DNA of 64,000 nt. It comes from Chiloscyllium plagiosum. Its lineage: Eukaryota. This document shows, piece by piece, positions 14,443 through 26,376 of the stretch. Where the stretch lies: assembly GCF_004010195.1 (NCBI RefSeq), contig NC_057728.1, positions 49,213,065 through 49,277,064 on the forward strand, in the 5' to 3' direction. The stretch's first letter is position 1; each line of letters begins with the position of its first letter. The translations under genes and the position numbers were made by a program. Under the pieces are notes generated by a model. It searched no databases. It had not been told where the DNA came from and was given only the letters and a program-made list of their open reading frames with translations.

Positions 14443-16250
14443 GTGAGTATTTAATCGTGGGAAAGTGCAGAAATACAGGACTGAAATAAATAAGGACTAA
14501 CTAGGTGTGTTGCAGTGAAACAAGTGCGAGGTCTTTTCATACTTCTAATCACTAGCCAAACTAATAAACACACAGGTTCAAATCTCGCCATGACAACTGG
14601 TGGAATTTTGTATTCAATTAATAGGGTTTAAAACATTAACTCTTGTGATTTCTACAATTGCTGACAGACATGCTGAGTTTCTCCAGAACTTGTCATTTTA
14701 AACTTAGCAATTTACTTCAAGGTAAATCCCCACTTGCTTGGCAGAACAGAATGAATACTTTATCATGCAGATTTTTTTTATCTGCAGCATACAGTGATTG
14801 TGATTTCTGCCTCTCTGTGAGGTTAAGAAACAAGCTCTACTTGAAACACGGTTGAGCCAGTCTGATACAGTAGTTGCTGGGGTTTGATGTTTTGTCTGCA
14901 CCTGCTTTTTATGTTCTTGTGAAGCAGACAGATGGAAAAACAGGTGTAGCCTAGCAACAGCATAGAGAGGCCCGACTTAGAGGCACTTGGGGAATAACTG
15001 GTGGGGGAGGCCTGGAGTGTACACAGCATGCCCCATGGCACTTGAGATCAGAACCAGTGGAGCCATTCTGTTATCATGGCTGATCTGTGTACAATGGCAG
15101 AGCAAAGTTGATATTACTTTAGAATTGGCACAAGCTGTTCAGCCATGGAATCAGGCTGTGTGTGTGTTTGACACCAACAGTACGCTGGAACTCTCTGCAA
15201 TCATGGGCTGTCGATGCAGGGTGTCAGTTGTAGCTTTCCACCCCTGAAGTTGATTTTTTTTGTGTGTGGACCAAGGCAGAGAGTGAGGTAGAAACTTGGC
15301 AGTTGCGTTGCAGAGCGTCAGTGATCTAATGAATTGGCAGAGCAGGTTCAAGGGGCTGACTGGCCACCACCTCCTGTTACTGTTAGTGGATTCACCATGA
15401 TAAATCTTTTGTCTTGTCTATGGGCTATACCTCTACTATGTTCTTATCTTAGAATGGTAGAACATGTAAAAAGGTAAATTATGATATAGTTTGTGCTGAA
15501 GCTAACTCTTTAACTGAATATTGTCTACTTTATTCTAATTTCCCTGCCCTTCTTTCTTATTGTACCATCTCTCAATATTTAGCTAATTCAATTTAAAATG
15601 ATGTTGCAGCTTCAGCCTCAATGGCTCCTTGATTCCATGTTCTAATCACCCTCTGTCTCTCACTCCGCCTGAGTTCACCCTTTGTTCTTCAGCCGATAAT
15701 TGTCTGTACCCTCTCATTTGGTAACAAGTTAGAACAGTTTCTCATTGTTCACCACCTCGCTAAAGCCTTTCAAAGCAATGAAAACTGAGTAGATTGACTA
15801 GGATCCTTTCCTGATTAAAATCTCAACTTTCTTCTTTTATGACTATACGCTTTCTTTCCATTTAATAATTCCCGACTGCAACTCTGCAGAATTCTGACAG
15901 CTTTAAAATGGAGTTTCCCTTATTGAACAAGTAAGATTCAGTAACTTAAAAACCAGAAGAACTGCAGCTGCTGGAAATCCGACACACAAACCATTTGCTG
16001 GAAATACTGAGCAGGTCTGACAGCATCTGTGGAGAGAAATCAGAATTAACGTTTCAGGTTCAGTTTTGAGGAACTGTCACTGGACCTGAAATGTTAACCA
16101 AGATTTGGTGACTACTTATGAAATATTGTTGAGTTTTGGATGCTGATTTTATGAATGGCCAGTGCTGGGTGGGGTAGAATGCCATTTGCAATGACGCGCA
16201 GGACTTAATGGTGCCCAGTATTAACTTGTTCTTGAAATGTTTGTTTGTAG

Positions 16251-17378
16251 ATGTTACATGGTAAACATGTGATGGTGCGTGTGGGAGGAGGCTGGGACAC
16301 ACTCCAGGGCTTTCTTCTGAAGCATGACCCCTGCCGAGTGTTGCACTTCACCATGTTGGAGGAGAGGATTATGGCTTTTGAGAAGGGCATCTCTCATGAT
16401 TCCAGCAACACCCCTAACTTGCTGGCAAAATCCTCCAAACCGCCTCCAACCATGAACCTTCCACCTGGTATCAAGATGTCACAACCCCTGGCTGCACGCC
16501 CTGGGTCTCCCTGCATGCCATCTTGGCCCATGTCCAAAGTCGCCAGTGTCCACTGCAGGTGCCCGTCCTCACCAGTGCTGCTATCTAAATCGGGGTCCCG
16601 TCCAGCATCTGCCGAAAGCGGGCATTCATCTCGTGCGATGCCAGGTTCATCCTCCAGAGGCGCCAAATGTCCTGCAGCAGGATCGCAGCTGTGCCCTCTG
16701 CCTCCACAATCTCCAGTCAGTCAACCCAAAGGCATGACCCAACCTGGGAGGAGCAAGGAAGTACAGCCCTCTGCCAAACTTCACAGAACCCCGTCAAAGG
16801 CTCCCGGTGGCCACTTTCAAAGCCGTTCAGGCAAATGTCTGCCAGATCCTGACACCGATCCTAAGTTGACCCCCAAAGTCCCCGCCAAGTCCGCTCTGGT
16901 TTCCTCCACACCAGTGGCACTTGGCTCTCTGCAGACCCCAGGGAAACGCACCCAGCCCACTGGTCTCACATCGCCATCTGCCTCCAAGAGGCCACTAACT
17001 CCAGCCAGAGGCCCTGTCCCAGGCTCCACGCCGATCCCCCGTGCGCTGGACTTCGCACAGAGGAACCTGGTCAGCACGACCAGGGACTCTCCTCGCACCG
17101 AGAAGAATCGGAAGGCATCAGCGAAGACCCCTTCGTCAAACAGTAAGAAGCCACCACGCAACCCTACACCTGCCCCACGGACTCCATTGGCCGTTGTCAA
17201 ACTACCACAGTCCAAGGTGGTGACCCCACAGTCTCCACGGATACAGTCTCCTGTAACCAAACCCACTCCCAAGGTGGTGAAGGGTGAATCATGTCTGGGG
17301 AAACAGCCTCAGTCAAACAAAAAGAACGCATCGGTGGCCTCGTCCGCTCCTTTAAGGAACCTGGCTGCAAAATGCTGA
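16251..17378 (+). CDS. GAS2L3: GAS2L3 last coding exon (rest of GAR domain + Ser/Pro/Lys-rich tail)
   Basis: ttgtag|ATG acceptor; 375-aa ORF starting MLHGKHVMVRVGGGWDTLQGFLLKHDPCR (GAR signature); TGA at 17376-17378. Confidence 0.95.
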   Translation: MLHGKHVMVRVGGGWDTLQGFLLKHDPCRVLHFTMLEERIMAFEKGISHDSSNTPNLLAKSSKPPPTMNLPPGIKMSQPLAARPGSPCMPSWPMSKVASVHCRCPSSPVLLSKSGSRPASAESGHSSRAMPGSSSRGAKCPAAGSQLCPLPPQSPVSQPKGMTQPGRSKEVQPSAKLHRTPSKAPGGHFQSRSGKCLPDPDTDPKLTPKVPAKSALVSSTPVALGSLQTPGKRTQPTGLTSPSASKRPLTPARGPVPGSTPIPRALDFAQRNLVSTTRDSPRTEKNRKASAKTPSSNSKKPPRNPTPAPRTPLAVVKLPQSKVVTPQSPRIQSPVTKPTPKVVKGESCLGKQPQSNKKNASVASSAPLRNLAAKC

Positions 17379-18929
17379 AGGGCAGATGTTGACTTTACCA
17401 TTAGTAGAAGTGACACACACACAAAATAATAATACAAATAGTTTCTTGGTGGGGTTGGTGCTACCTTTGTAAGTATGAATTCTGTTTGTGTTGAAGCGAA
17501 CGTCAAACAGTTATTGAGATCTGCTGTAGTCACAACATTGTACAGTCAGTGGAGCATGAGCCTTTGTTCTCTATCTCCAGGGTTTCCTCCCATGTTTCCC
17601 CTGTCCTATCTCCTGTTCCAACGTATTTTTGACAATGTAATTTGCTCATTCAGTTTTGTATTATAATGAAACCCAGTCGCTCTTTTCTGTTCGGCCTAAA
17701 CCATCCCCAGTTTTCGGTGAGAAGTCCTCAACTTGGAGAGTGGGGGAGATACTGGCAGAAATATGATCAACTGCTGTAATGTAAGTTCCCCAATATTCTT
17801 CGATCTGACCTTATTGGTGAGGTGTGTGACAAATTCAGCAGTTACCTCACCCCCACCATGTGCCCTCCGTTTTGAATCAGACAACTCATTTCCATTTGTC
17901 TGGTTTATCTTGAGCTCACGGCTGAATTTCTAATCGAGAGAGGGGTTGGCTCTTCATCTGTAGGATTCCATTTTCATCCAATTTTACAGCTCTTTCAACA
18001 CCTGCTTTTATATTTGTCCAAGTCCTTTTCTAATTCCTCATCTAATAGTGTTTTAGGCTTAGCTTCCATTTGTATCTGTGGCCGAACAATCCCCAATCAA
18101 GTTGGACCGGATAGTTTGAATATTGATTCACATCAATTCCCATTGCACAATAAGGTTCACTCTTTTGATTAGTTTTGCCCACGTAGCTGTGAGACAATAT
18201 GAATTTGACTAGATCCCAGCATTACACACTAGCAAGGGACACTCCAATTAGTTGGGGATATTCCTCTTGTGCCCATTTGTTAAAGCCATGCTTCCTATAC
18301 GGTTTTGCATACTTTTGTCTACTTTGCTCTAACTTATTTGACTGGATTTTTCTGGGGGTTGCAATCAACTGGAGTTGGGAGTGTAAATGGGATAGTCTGT
18401 GGTCCTGCTTCCTCCTTGCTCTTCATTGAGCACCTCCCATTCCTCTCTGATGGAAAGCCACGTGAGTGGATGTTGGGATTGATGTCAAGATGCCTTTGAA
18501 ACCTCCCCAATCTGGGCTAATGTGAGATGGAAGGCTCACCTGAGCAAGATGGCAGAGGCTAATGGCACAGAGGGCAGTGAAGAACCAGTGGTTAATAAGA
18601 CAAAGTGACAAATTGCTGAATGAGTGCAGTTCATGAATGTAAGAAATTTATCCATTTTATCCCCTGTTTCTCTGCAGAAAATGATTTGTATTTCATGGCC
18701 ATGACTAGCTTTCCTGGTCAAATTTACTCTTAATTGCTAGATGCACTTCTGAATGTAGCTATGATATTATGACCAATCCAAACTACTTCACTCCTGAAAT
18801 GTCTCCATTCCCTGATCATTGTAGTTATAACACTGTATTTAATTCCATTTTATTTGATTCACTGACGTGATGGATGCTTAAAGTATCATTTTGGGAAAAG
18901 AAAACACTGACTTTTTAAAAATGTTAAAG

Positions 18930-19395
18930 AATTGCTGAAAAAATACAGACTTTGTTTAGAAAAAAGCTGTAAGCTTTTCATCTTGCAGATGTCAGGACAA
19001 TTCACAAGAAATACAAAAGAAAAGTAAAGGGAAACCAACATTTGTCCTGGTGGGGAGTTGATTTGGTAGAGGGCTTGCCCTATGTCAACTCAACAGAGTG
19101 CATAACAGCCATTCACTGATTCATTTCTAAGCGAAATATCTTGAACTAATTAGAATAATCTCTAAGTTCTAAGCAAAAAAACATTTGGCAGTTAACGGTC
19201 GATCATCATTGACTGATGCATTTGTCACAGCAACACCCCTATCCGTCCACTTGAATACCATTCAGCACTCCTCTCTTATGTCATGCAAATGCTTTCTTTG
19301 TTTTGGTATTTCTTGCAAATTGCTGTGATGAGTGCAAAATGAAAAGCTTTATCATAAATGTCCCTTTTCAGCAATGCACAAATACTGTATTATCA
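18930..19395. repeat. older inverted-repeat element with hammerhead-like arms (family also at ~2870-3270, 21458-21775, 40540-40790, 55770-56050)
   Basis: aagcttttcatcttgcag..tcaggacaatt..caaga inverted against tcttgcaaattg..tgatgagtgcaaaatgaaaagctt; shared internal ttggcagttaac...catggcaac core. Confidence 0.65.
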
Positions 19396-22300
19396 AAAAA
19401 CTAAATGTATTTAGGTTGTATTACAGCTAGATAAGCTTCAATATTTTCAGTGAGCTTGAGCACATTAGTTCTTCCAATACTGCACCAAGGTGAGGGTTTG
19501 CATTCCTACCTGGTTTACAGCAGAAGTCAAATTGCAGATGTAAGATTGCCAACTTGATGCCATATGGGTTCAAAGTTTCAGTCCAATGAGTATCTTGCCA
19601 ATCATTCTGACAATCCTACTGAATACTGTATTCAAAATTCTTCTGGTTGAAGCAACAGGTCTTTTGTAGGTTTTATCATTGCTGTGTTCTGGTTAGCTTA
19701 CTGATTAAGTGGCAGAATGTTCTGTTTACATACATGACACTACAACAGCACTTGTATATTGAGTGTTTAATTAGGTGAAGTGCCTGTTCCTGACAGGTTC
19801 ACCAGTATGCTTTATTGATCTCAATGGTGGTGGAGAAAATGTGGGAAGGCACTTTAGATCTTGCATTTATATTTGTTTATTTGTAATTAAAGACGTTAAC
19901 TCTATAGAATGTGTAACAATGCTCTCCTGAGAACCCAATGAGGGAGTTGGCTGCAGTGTCAAAGGCTTTTGAAACTTGCTGTTGTAAACTGGGATTAAAG
20001 TTATTTAACAAAGGGTGGAAACAACTATTTTAAAAATATCTCCAACTCCAGTATTTGGAATGTACTGAAGGTGAAATGCATGGTGCACCGGATTTACACT
20101 TTCACCAACTTATGTTACCTTTTGCTGTAAAGGAAGTTGGGTCAAGTGTAGCTTGTCCAATTGGATATCGTCCATTGCTCACTTCCTTCCATTGACTGTT
20201 CATGATTTGATGTTAGGAGTTCCACAGTAAGTCAAGAGATTTTCAATTTTTGTTAGATTTTTGAGTGAAACAATGGCCAGGCAATGGTTGCAAGCCCTAT
20301 GGCTATACCGGCTACCAAACCACCTGTCATTCAGATCCCAGTTCTCTATATTTGCAATTTCCTGTGAAATAGACAAGAGGTGATTGCTGCAGTGTAATAT
20401 TGGAAAACAGGTTATACACAAGTGCCTAAAAAAGCTGTGGGAGAATGGATTCTTATAATTTGTTTGCATGAACTTGTATTTATACAGAGCTTATAATCCT
20501 GAGCAACTTGCTAATTTGGGGATCTATTAATTAGGAAATGGGATGGGTTGGAGCTTTGGCTGCTGTGGGGTCTTTAGTTGCTGACCAGAGTTTGGAGTGA
20601 GGAGTTTGAGGGGACAGCAGCTCTCCATGCGTTTGTAGGATTATCATCAAACTGTCAGAGCAGCTTGTCGTTGCAAGCACTGGTTAAAGCTGCACATGTC
20701 CTTCTATCACTCCGTGAAATCGATTGAATTTCCATGACCAAATGTCATTCCACAATGTGTTCATATGTATGTAAATATAATACATGGCCAACCACACTTT
20801 TTCAAGGCAGGGTGGTGAAAGTAGAGTACATTCACATGACTAGCATAATACCATTATGCATGTGATATGTTCCTGTTGTGTAAAAGGCTCTGTTGCCTTA
20901 GTTTTGTGTTACGATGGTGAGATAACGGTTCCCTTTGACCAAAGAGCAGCGCGAGGCCATTGTGCTCCTTGACTCTGCTTTGTAACTTGATTTGATAATG
21001 GTTCATCAGTATCTCGCTCCTTGTACCCACTTTGACTTAATATGCCTTCATACACAAAGATACAGGAAATGGGAGCACAAGTAAATCATAGTCTTTGTAG
21101 CCTTCTCCCATTAATCAACACAATTGTGACTGATCTTGGGCTTCAACTCCATTTTCCTGCTCAATTCCTGTGTCCACTAACTCCCAAAGAAATCCAAATT
21201 CTCTCTCTATCCCAGCCTTAAAGTATGTCCAACAGTGGATCATCCATAGACCTCCATGGTAGAGGATTCCAATTATTAAAACCATTGTGTGAAATTCTCA
21301 ACGTCTCCTGGAAAAATCATCTAAGTCTCAAAAATAATTATCCCTTTAACTGAGAATGCTAACACACCCCCATCCCCAATTTCTAGTTTTTTTTCCCCCA
21401 CTTGTGGCATTCTCTGACTCAGTGCCATAGACCCAACAAAAATTTGTCCTGGATGTTACTGAAAAGACTGTTTTGTCGAAGGTTTTTGTTCTGCATCAAT
21501 CGGGGCAATTTGCAATTAGAGAGGAAAACCCTCCTCAATATAGGTAGTCATTTGCTGGTATATTTCTCAATCTGCTTAGTTAAAACCAGGCAGTTAACTG
21601 TCAATCATTATGATTGGTTCTCCAGCACCTCTACTAGTCAGAGTTAATTTGCCAACCCATAAATGTTGTATTTCCCCTTTAAATCTTTATTGTTGCAAAT
21701 TGTCCTGATGAGCGCCAGACAAAGCTTGTAAAACATGCTTTTTTTTCCAGCAATACTCAAATTCTGTACTACGAACTGACTAAAAGTCTATCCATTTAAC
21801 TTAATTTTGAATGACTGTTGGTGCTCTCATAGATTTTCAGATTTTCACTAAACTTCCTTTTGGAAAAAGTTATTCCTGAGGCCCTCTTTGAACAGTCTCT
21901 CCCTAATTTTAGTATTTGCTCAGTATTCTGTATGCCCTGCACTAACACAAATAGTTTATCTGTATTAATTTCATTTGATTCCTGTTATTATTTTAAATCC
22001 TTCAATTGGATCACTCTATAACTTACTAAAACTAATTGGAGTGCAAGCTGTTAATGCTATCCACTTTAGTATTTGCCTAGTATCTGATTTGTTGTCTAGG
22101 CATCCTGAGTTACTCCGCAGTCAGTTATGACTAAGTATTTTATGACTTAGATTTTGAAGAGTAGCCATTACTTTGTGGTAAAAACGTGTACTTCAATCTT
22201 GAATACTTGGCTTAGCAACGTGGTCTCTCTGTAAGAGAGCAATTGAGTCACCTAACAGTGAATGTTAGAATATTGTTGACTTGGGTAGCTTGTGGTGGAA

Positions 22301-22681
22301 GGGCGTGGGGGTTGCTTTCTTTGGCAATCATTTACTTGGAGCACCAAGTGTTTGCTTTGTAGCTTGGTGGAGCGAACAGCTGCATTAATGTTGCTGTTTG
22401 ACAGACAGTGACAGTTTGAGGGGATGTTTTCCTGGGCAATAATAACTGGAAGGCAGCAGGGGTTATTGGGACCACTGTACTGCTCCTTTTGAGTCAAAAG
22501 AAACTTCCATGCTGCAAGTTTGTTTAAGAAGTCGATGTGCTGAGTGGTGGTAATTCTGTTAAAGTTGGAAATTCCTGTGCCTAATATTACACCATTATAT
22601 TCCATTCTGATACTAACCTTGAAACTGACTTGATGAAATGTACCTCCATTTCAAACATTTGGGTATCAAAGTGATAAAAGC

Positions 22682-22687
22682 AATAAA
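22682..22687 (+). terminator. candidate GAS2L3 polyadenylation signal (would imply a ~5.3 kb 3'UTR)
   Basis: AATAAA followed by ATTAAA and GT/T-rich sequence, at the end of a stretch without young SINE/LINE copies. Confidence 0.3.
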
Positions 22688-24664
22688 AGTGTTGACTGGA
22701 ATTTGTTGAATGAAATTAAAGTTTTTGTTTTGAAGTCTTGCTCCTCGCATTTCTATATACCTGTTGCTCCATATTCTAACGATTGTCATCAGAGTGCAGG
22801 CTCAGATTGTATTTGTCTTGCACTTACCAAGTTGGGATTATGATTTATTTGGTTTCATGAGAAGCTCAAAGGACTTTTGGTATTAAAAACCAATGCAGAA
22901 ACGTTTTTTTTAACATAATCCCCCAACAGGGGTTTAAATTAAACATCAAGCAACTGCTTGGTAAACAGCCTGGCTTAAAAGAGAGGATTGTACTAGGTTC
23001 TGCAGTTTGCATCAATTGCACTTTACAGATGTTACACACTGTCCTGTATCTATTTTAATAAAATGTACCGCGCTCTGATTTGTCCTGGCTTGTCTTTTTT
23101 TTTCTTGCTTAATTGTGGGTATTAGATGCTGGGCCACTGTTGGTTCTACATAGAAACGGAATATGCTATTCAGCCCCTATGAACCTGATCCACATTTAGT
23201 ATGACCATAACTGATCATCTATCTCAGTGGCACTTTCCTGCATCCTCATACTCTGCCTTTTAATATCTAAAAAAAAATTACCAATCTTTTTCTCAAATGT
23301 ACTCAGTGGCTTGACCAGCAAATTCCACAAGTTCAGTACATTTTTTTTGTGTGAAGAAACGTTTCCTCATTTCAGTCTGAAATACCTCCAGAAGTTTGAC
23401 CCAGCGACACTGAAGGTATATTTCCAAGGATGGTGAAAGGCTTGGAGGGGAACTTGCAGAGTGGCGATGTTCCCATGCATCTGCTGTCCTTGACCTTCGA
23501 GATGGCTGTGGGTTAGGAAGGTGCTATTGGTCTATCTCTGAACTGTTGGGATTGACATTGGGCTTGCAGCTATGTAAAAATAAAGCAACCTGTTACTTGT
23601 TATCCTGCATGGAAGCATCGTCTTTGTCATGGGAGCTCACTGACCGGATTGTGTCTACGAAATGAGTTCAATTGGGGATTACGATGCAACGTTTGTATCA
23701 GGGCTTGGCAATACTTGCCCATCCTTTGGTAATGACAAGTTTCTGAAGTTAAAGGTTTTGAGATTGAGAGGGGAGGACAATAAGTGCATTTGGTAGCAAC
23801 ATAGAGTTTGTGAAAGTTGTATTGATTCCAGTAGCAGGGATCCAGTTGAAGTGGGGAATCGGTGAAAAATCAAGAAATACCATGAAGTTCTCACCACACC
23901 AGTAGAAAATAGCAGCTAGACTGTCACCATCATAACAGGAAGAGAAGCAGCATAAAAGTGAACTGAATGGTTCAGATCTTCAGCATTTAATTCTGGCACA
24001 GCTGGAATCCCTGTGGAATGGGTTGCTGAATTTCAAAGGCATTCCCAAGTTGGGAACTGCTTCACTTTGGGAGTTGAGAGATTGGGATTAATCGGATTCT
24101 ATTCAAGAATGAAAGCAATGGTTGAGGGAGTGGGGTGAATGCACATCTATTGGAGAAAGGATGTTGGTTAAGACAGGAGCACCTGATGTGGTCAAATTTG
24201 TACCATGTCAACAGTCCTTCTCTTCCACCCAACATTTATGAAATGAACAGTTACCACGACTTTAATAGTTATCTTGGAAACTGAAGAGAAACACCATTTT
24301 TGAATTTTTTTTTTGATCTTTAAATAACTGAAAGCAGCCAGTTTGTGCAAAGTAGCTCACATTCCAATGAAATGAACTACCAGATCATTCTATTCTGATG
24401 CAACAAAATTGACTTGAGACATGAACAGTTTCTCTCTTCACAGATGCATCTTCAATTGTGTTCTCCATCTTTTACTTTTGTGCTGATTAAGGGATACATA
24501 CTGGGCAGTAATCTTTTAAGTTTGAGCTACAGCAGGCCATTCAGTCCATCAAGCCTCCTGAGGTATTCAGTAAGATAATGGCTGATCTGATTGTTATCTC
24601 AACTTCACTTTCCTGCAACTTGTAACCTTGATTCCTTTATCAATCAAAATTTTGCCTTTTAAAA

Positions 24665-25290
24665 AATTTATTTTGAGACGTGGGTGTCACTGGCTGGTCA
24701 GCATTTATTGCCTGTCCCGAGTTGCCCTTGAGAAGGTGGTGGTGAGCTGCCTTCCTGAACTGCTGCAGTCCACCTGCTGTTGGGTTGACCCATAATGCCA
24801 TTAGGGAGGGAATTTCAGGATTTTGACCCAGTGACCATGAAGGAATGGAGATTATATTTCCAAGTCAAGATGGTGAGTAGCTTGGAGTGAACTTGAATGT
24901 GGTGGTGTTTCCATATCTGTTGCCCTTGTCCTTCTAGATGGAAGTGGTCGTAGACTTAGAAGGTACTGTCTGAGGAAATTTGGTGGATATCTGCAGTACA
25001 TTTGTAGATAGTACACACTGCTGCTGTGGACTGTTGATGGTGGAGGGAGTGGAAGCTTGTGGATACCATGCCCATCAAGAGAGCTGCTTTGACCCAAATG
25101 ATGTCCAGTTTCTTGAGTGTTGGGGCTGCATCCATGCAGGAAAGTGAAAAGTATTCCATCAAACTCCTGACTTGTGCCTTGTAGGTGGTGGACAGGCTTT
25201 GGAGATAAGTTACTTGCCACAGTATTCCTAGCCTCTGACCTGTTCTTGTATAGGCACTGCATTTATGTGCTGTGTCCAGTTGAGTCTAAA
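24665..25290 (-). mobile_element. 3' end of a CR1/L2-group LINE; related fragments at ~3540-3900, 6040-6350, 8030-8360, 11580-12240, 45290-46020 and 63460-63710
   Basis: MEYFSLSCMDAAPTLKKLDII..KAA.L.G remnant, plus a shared 3'UTR seen in many copies. Confidence 0.7.
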
Positions 25291-25546
25291 CCAGTTTTTG
25301 AATATACTCACCCAGCCTCCATCTGCTGTTTGGGGAATAGAATGCTAAAATCTTATGATCCCTGAGAAGAAATTCTCTGCTGAATGTTTCCTCATAATTC
25401 CTTCTCCATGAAACAACCTGGAGAATCTTTCCAGAAATGCTTCTAATACAAGTAGATCCCTCCCTTAAGGAGACTAAAACTGAACTTGAATTGCAGTCTC
25501 ACCAATGTTCATTCAGTTGTAGCAAGGCTTCTCCAGTGTCACACTC

Positions 25547-26270
25547 TGTGGAAAAACAACAGTCTCCGAGTCGGGGTTCAATGACAGAGTTTTTTGCACA
25601 AGAAAATACTGGAGCTCCGGGGAAAGAAAGGCAGCATCAGCCATAGTGGTCAGCTATGAGTCTTCTCTCGACCCAGAGCACATGTCAAGAAACTTTTATC
25701 CATCTTGTGATACGATAGGTCAGTGATGAATTTATTGTTATTGTAACATGGTTTCTTTATGGTAATCATTGCAGAATCGTTGAAAGTTTCAATATAGTCT
25801 GTCAGTTCCAGTGCAGCTGTTGTTAATTTCAGCACGGTTGTTGTCAGTTTCAATGCAGACATGGTCAGTTTCAATGTCTGTGTGGAAGTCCATTGCTGTA
25901 GTAATGGGCGCTAATCGCTCTTCCTGAGAAAGACGATTACTGCAGTCCTGGCTATTAGCAGTTCGTACTGAGTCCATATCACACTGTTAGCATTTCTGAG
26001 GTGTTGGCTGGACCCAGACAGTTGGGCGAACAGTGTTCATTACTCATGTGTATTATCTTCCCCCACCCGCCTTAAACTAATCAACTAGGTTGTAAGTGCA
26101 TTGTGCTGGCATTCTGGTGGCCCCAGGCAGTGTCTGTATCTGCTCTGCTGTTTCTCCTCATTGTATCCGGCTGCCATCTTGTATGTCAAGTTGGCCAACT
26201 GATGGCTCAGTGGACATCTTGTGTGTCCGTGTGCCTAGTATCACCTTGCCTCATACCATCTCCCTCTTCA
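25547..26270 (-). repeat. ERV 3' LTR
   Basis: aligns with 36146-36859; starts TGAAGAGGG on -, directly after the purine tract. Confidence 0.9.
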
Positions 26271-26281
26271 CCTCCATCTTT
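26271..26281 (-). promoter_or_regulatory. polypurine tract
   Basis: AAAGATGGAGG on -, abutting the TG of the 3' LTR. Confidence 0.7.
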
Positions 26282-26376
26282 GTGGTCAAGGAGGTGACTT
26301 TGGAGATCTCCTGTAGACCACACAATTTTAAATGTAGAGGTAGGTAATCTCTAGGAGCTCCCCGTCCTGTGGGGTA

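Noticed and set aside
16394..17272. Antisense and alternative-frame ORFs (90-151 aa) over the last GAS2L3 exon
   Set aside because: Shadows of a GC-rich, low-complexity coding exon.
25537..25546. Alternative left LTR boundary at TGTCAC (25537)
   Set aside because: It gives no matching TSD, whereas 25547 gives ACTC/ACTC and restores the host CR1 fragment.
25650..25874. Heptad-like ORF MKLTMSALKLTTTVLKLTT in the LTR (accessory gene?)
   Set aside because: It arises from ~21-nt U3 repeats, and no equivalent ORF appears in the other LTR.
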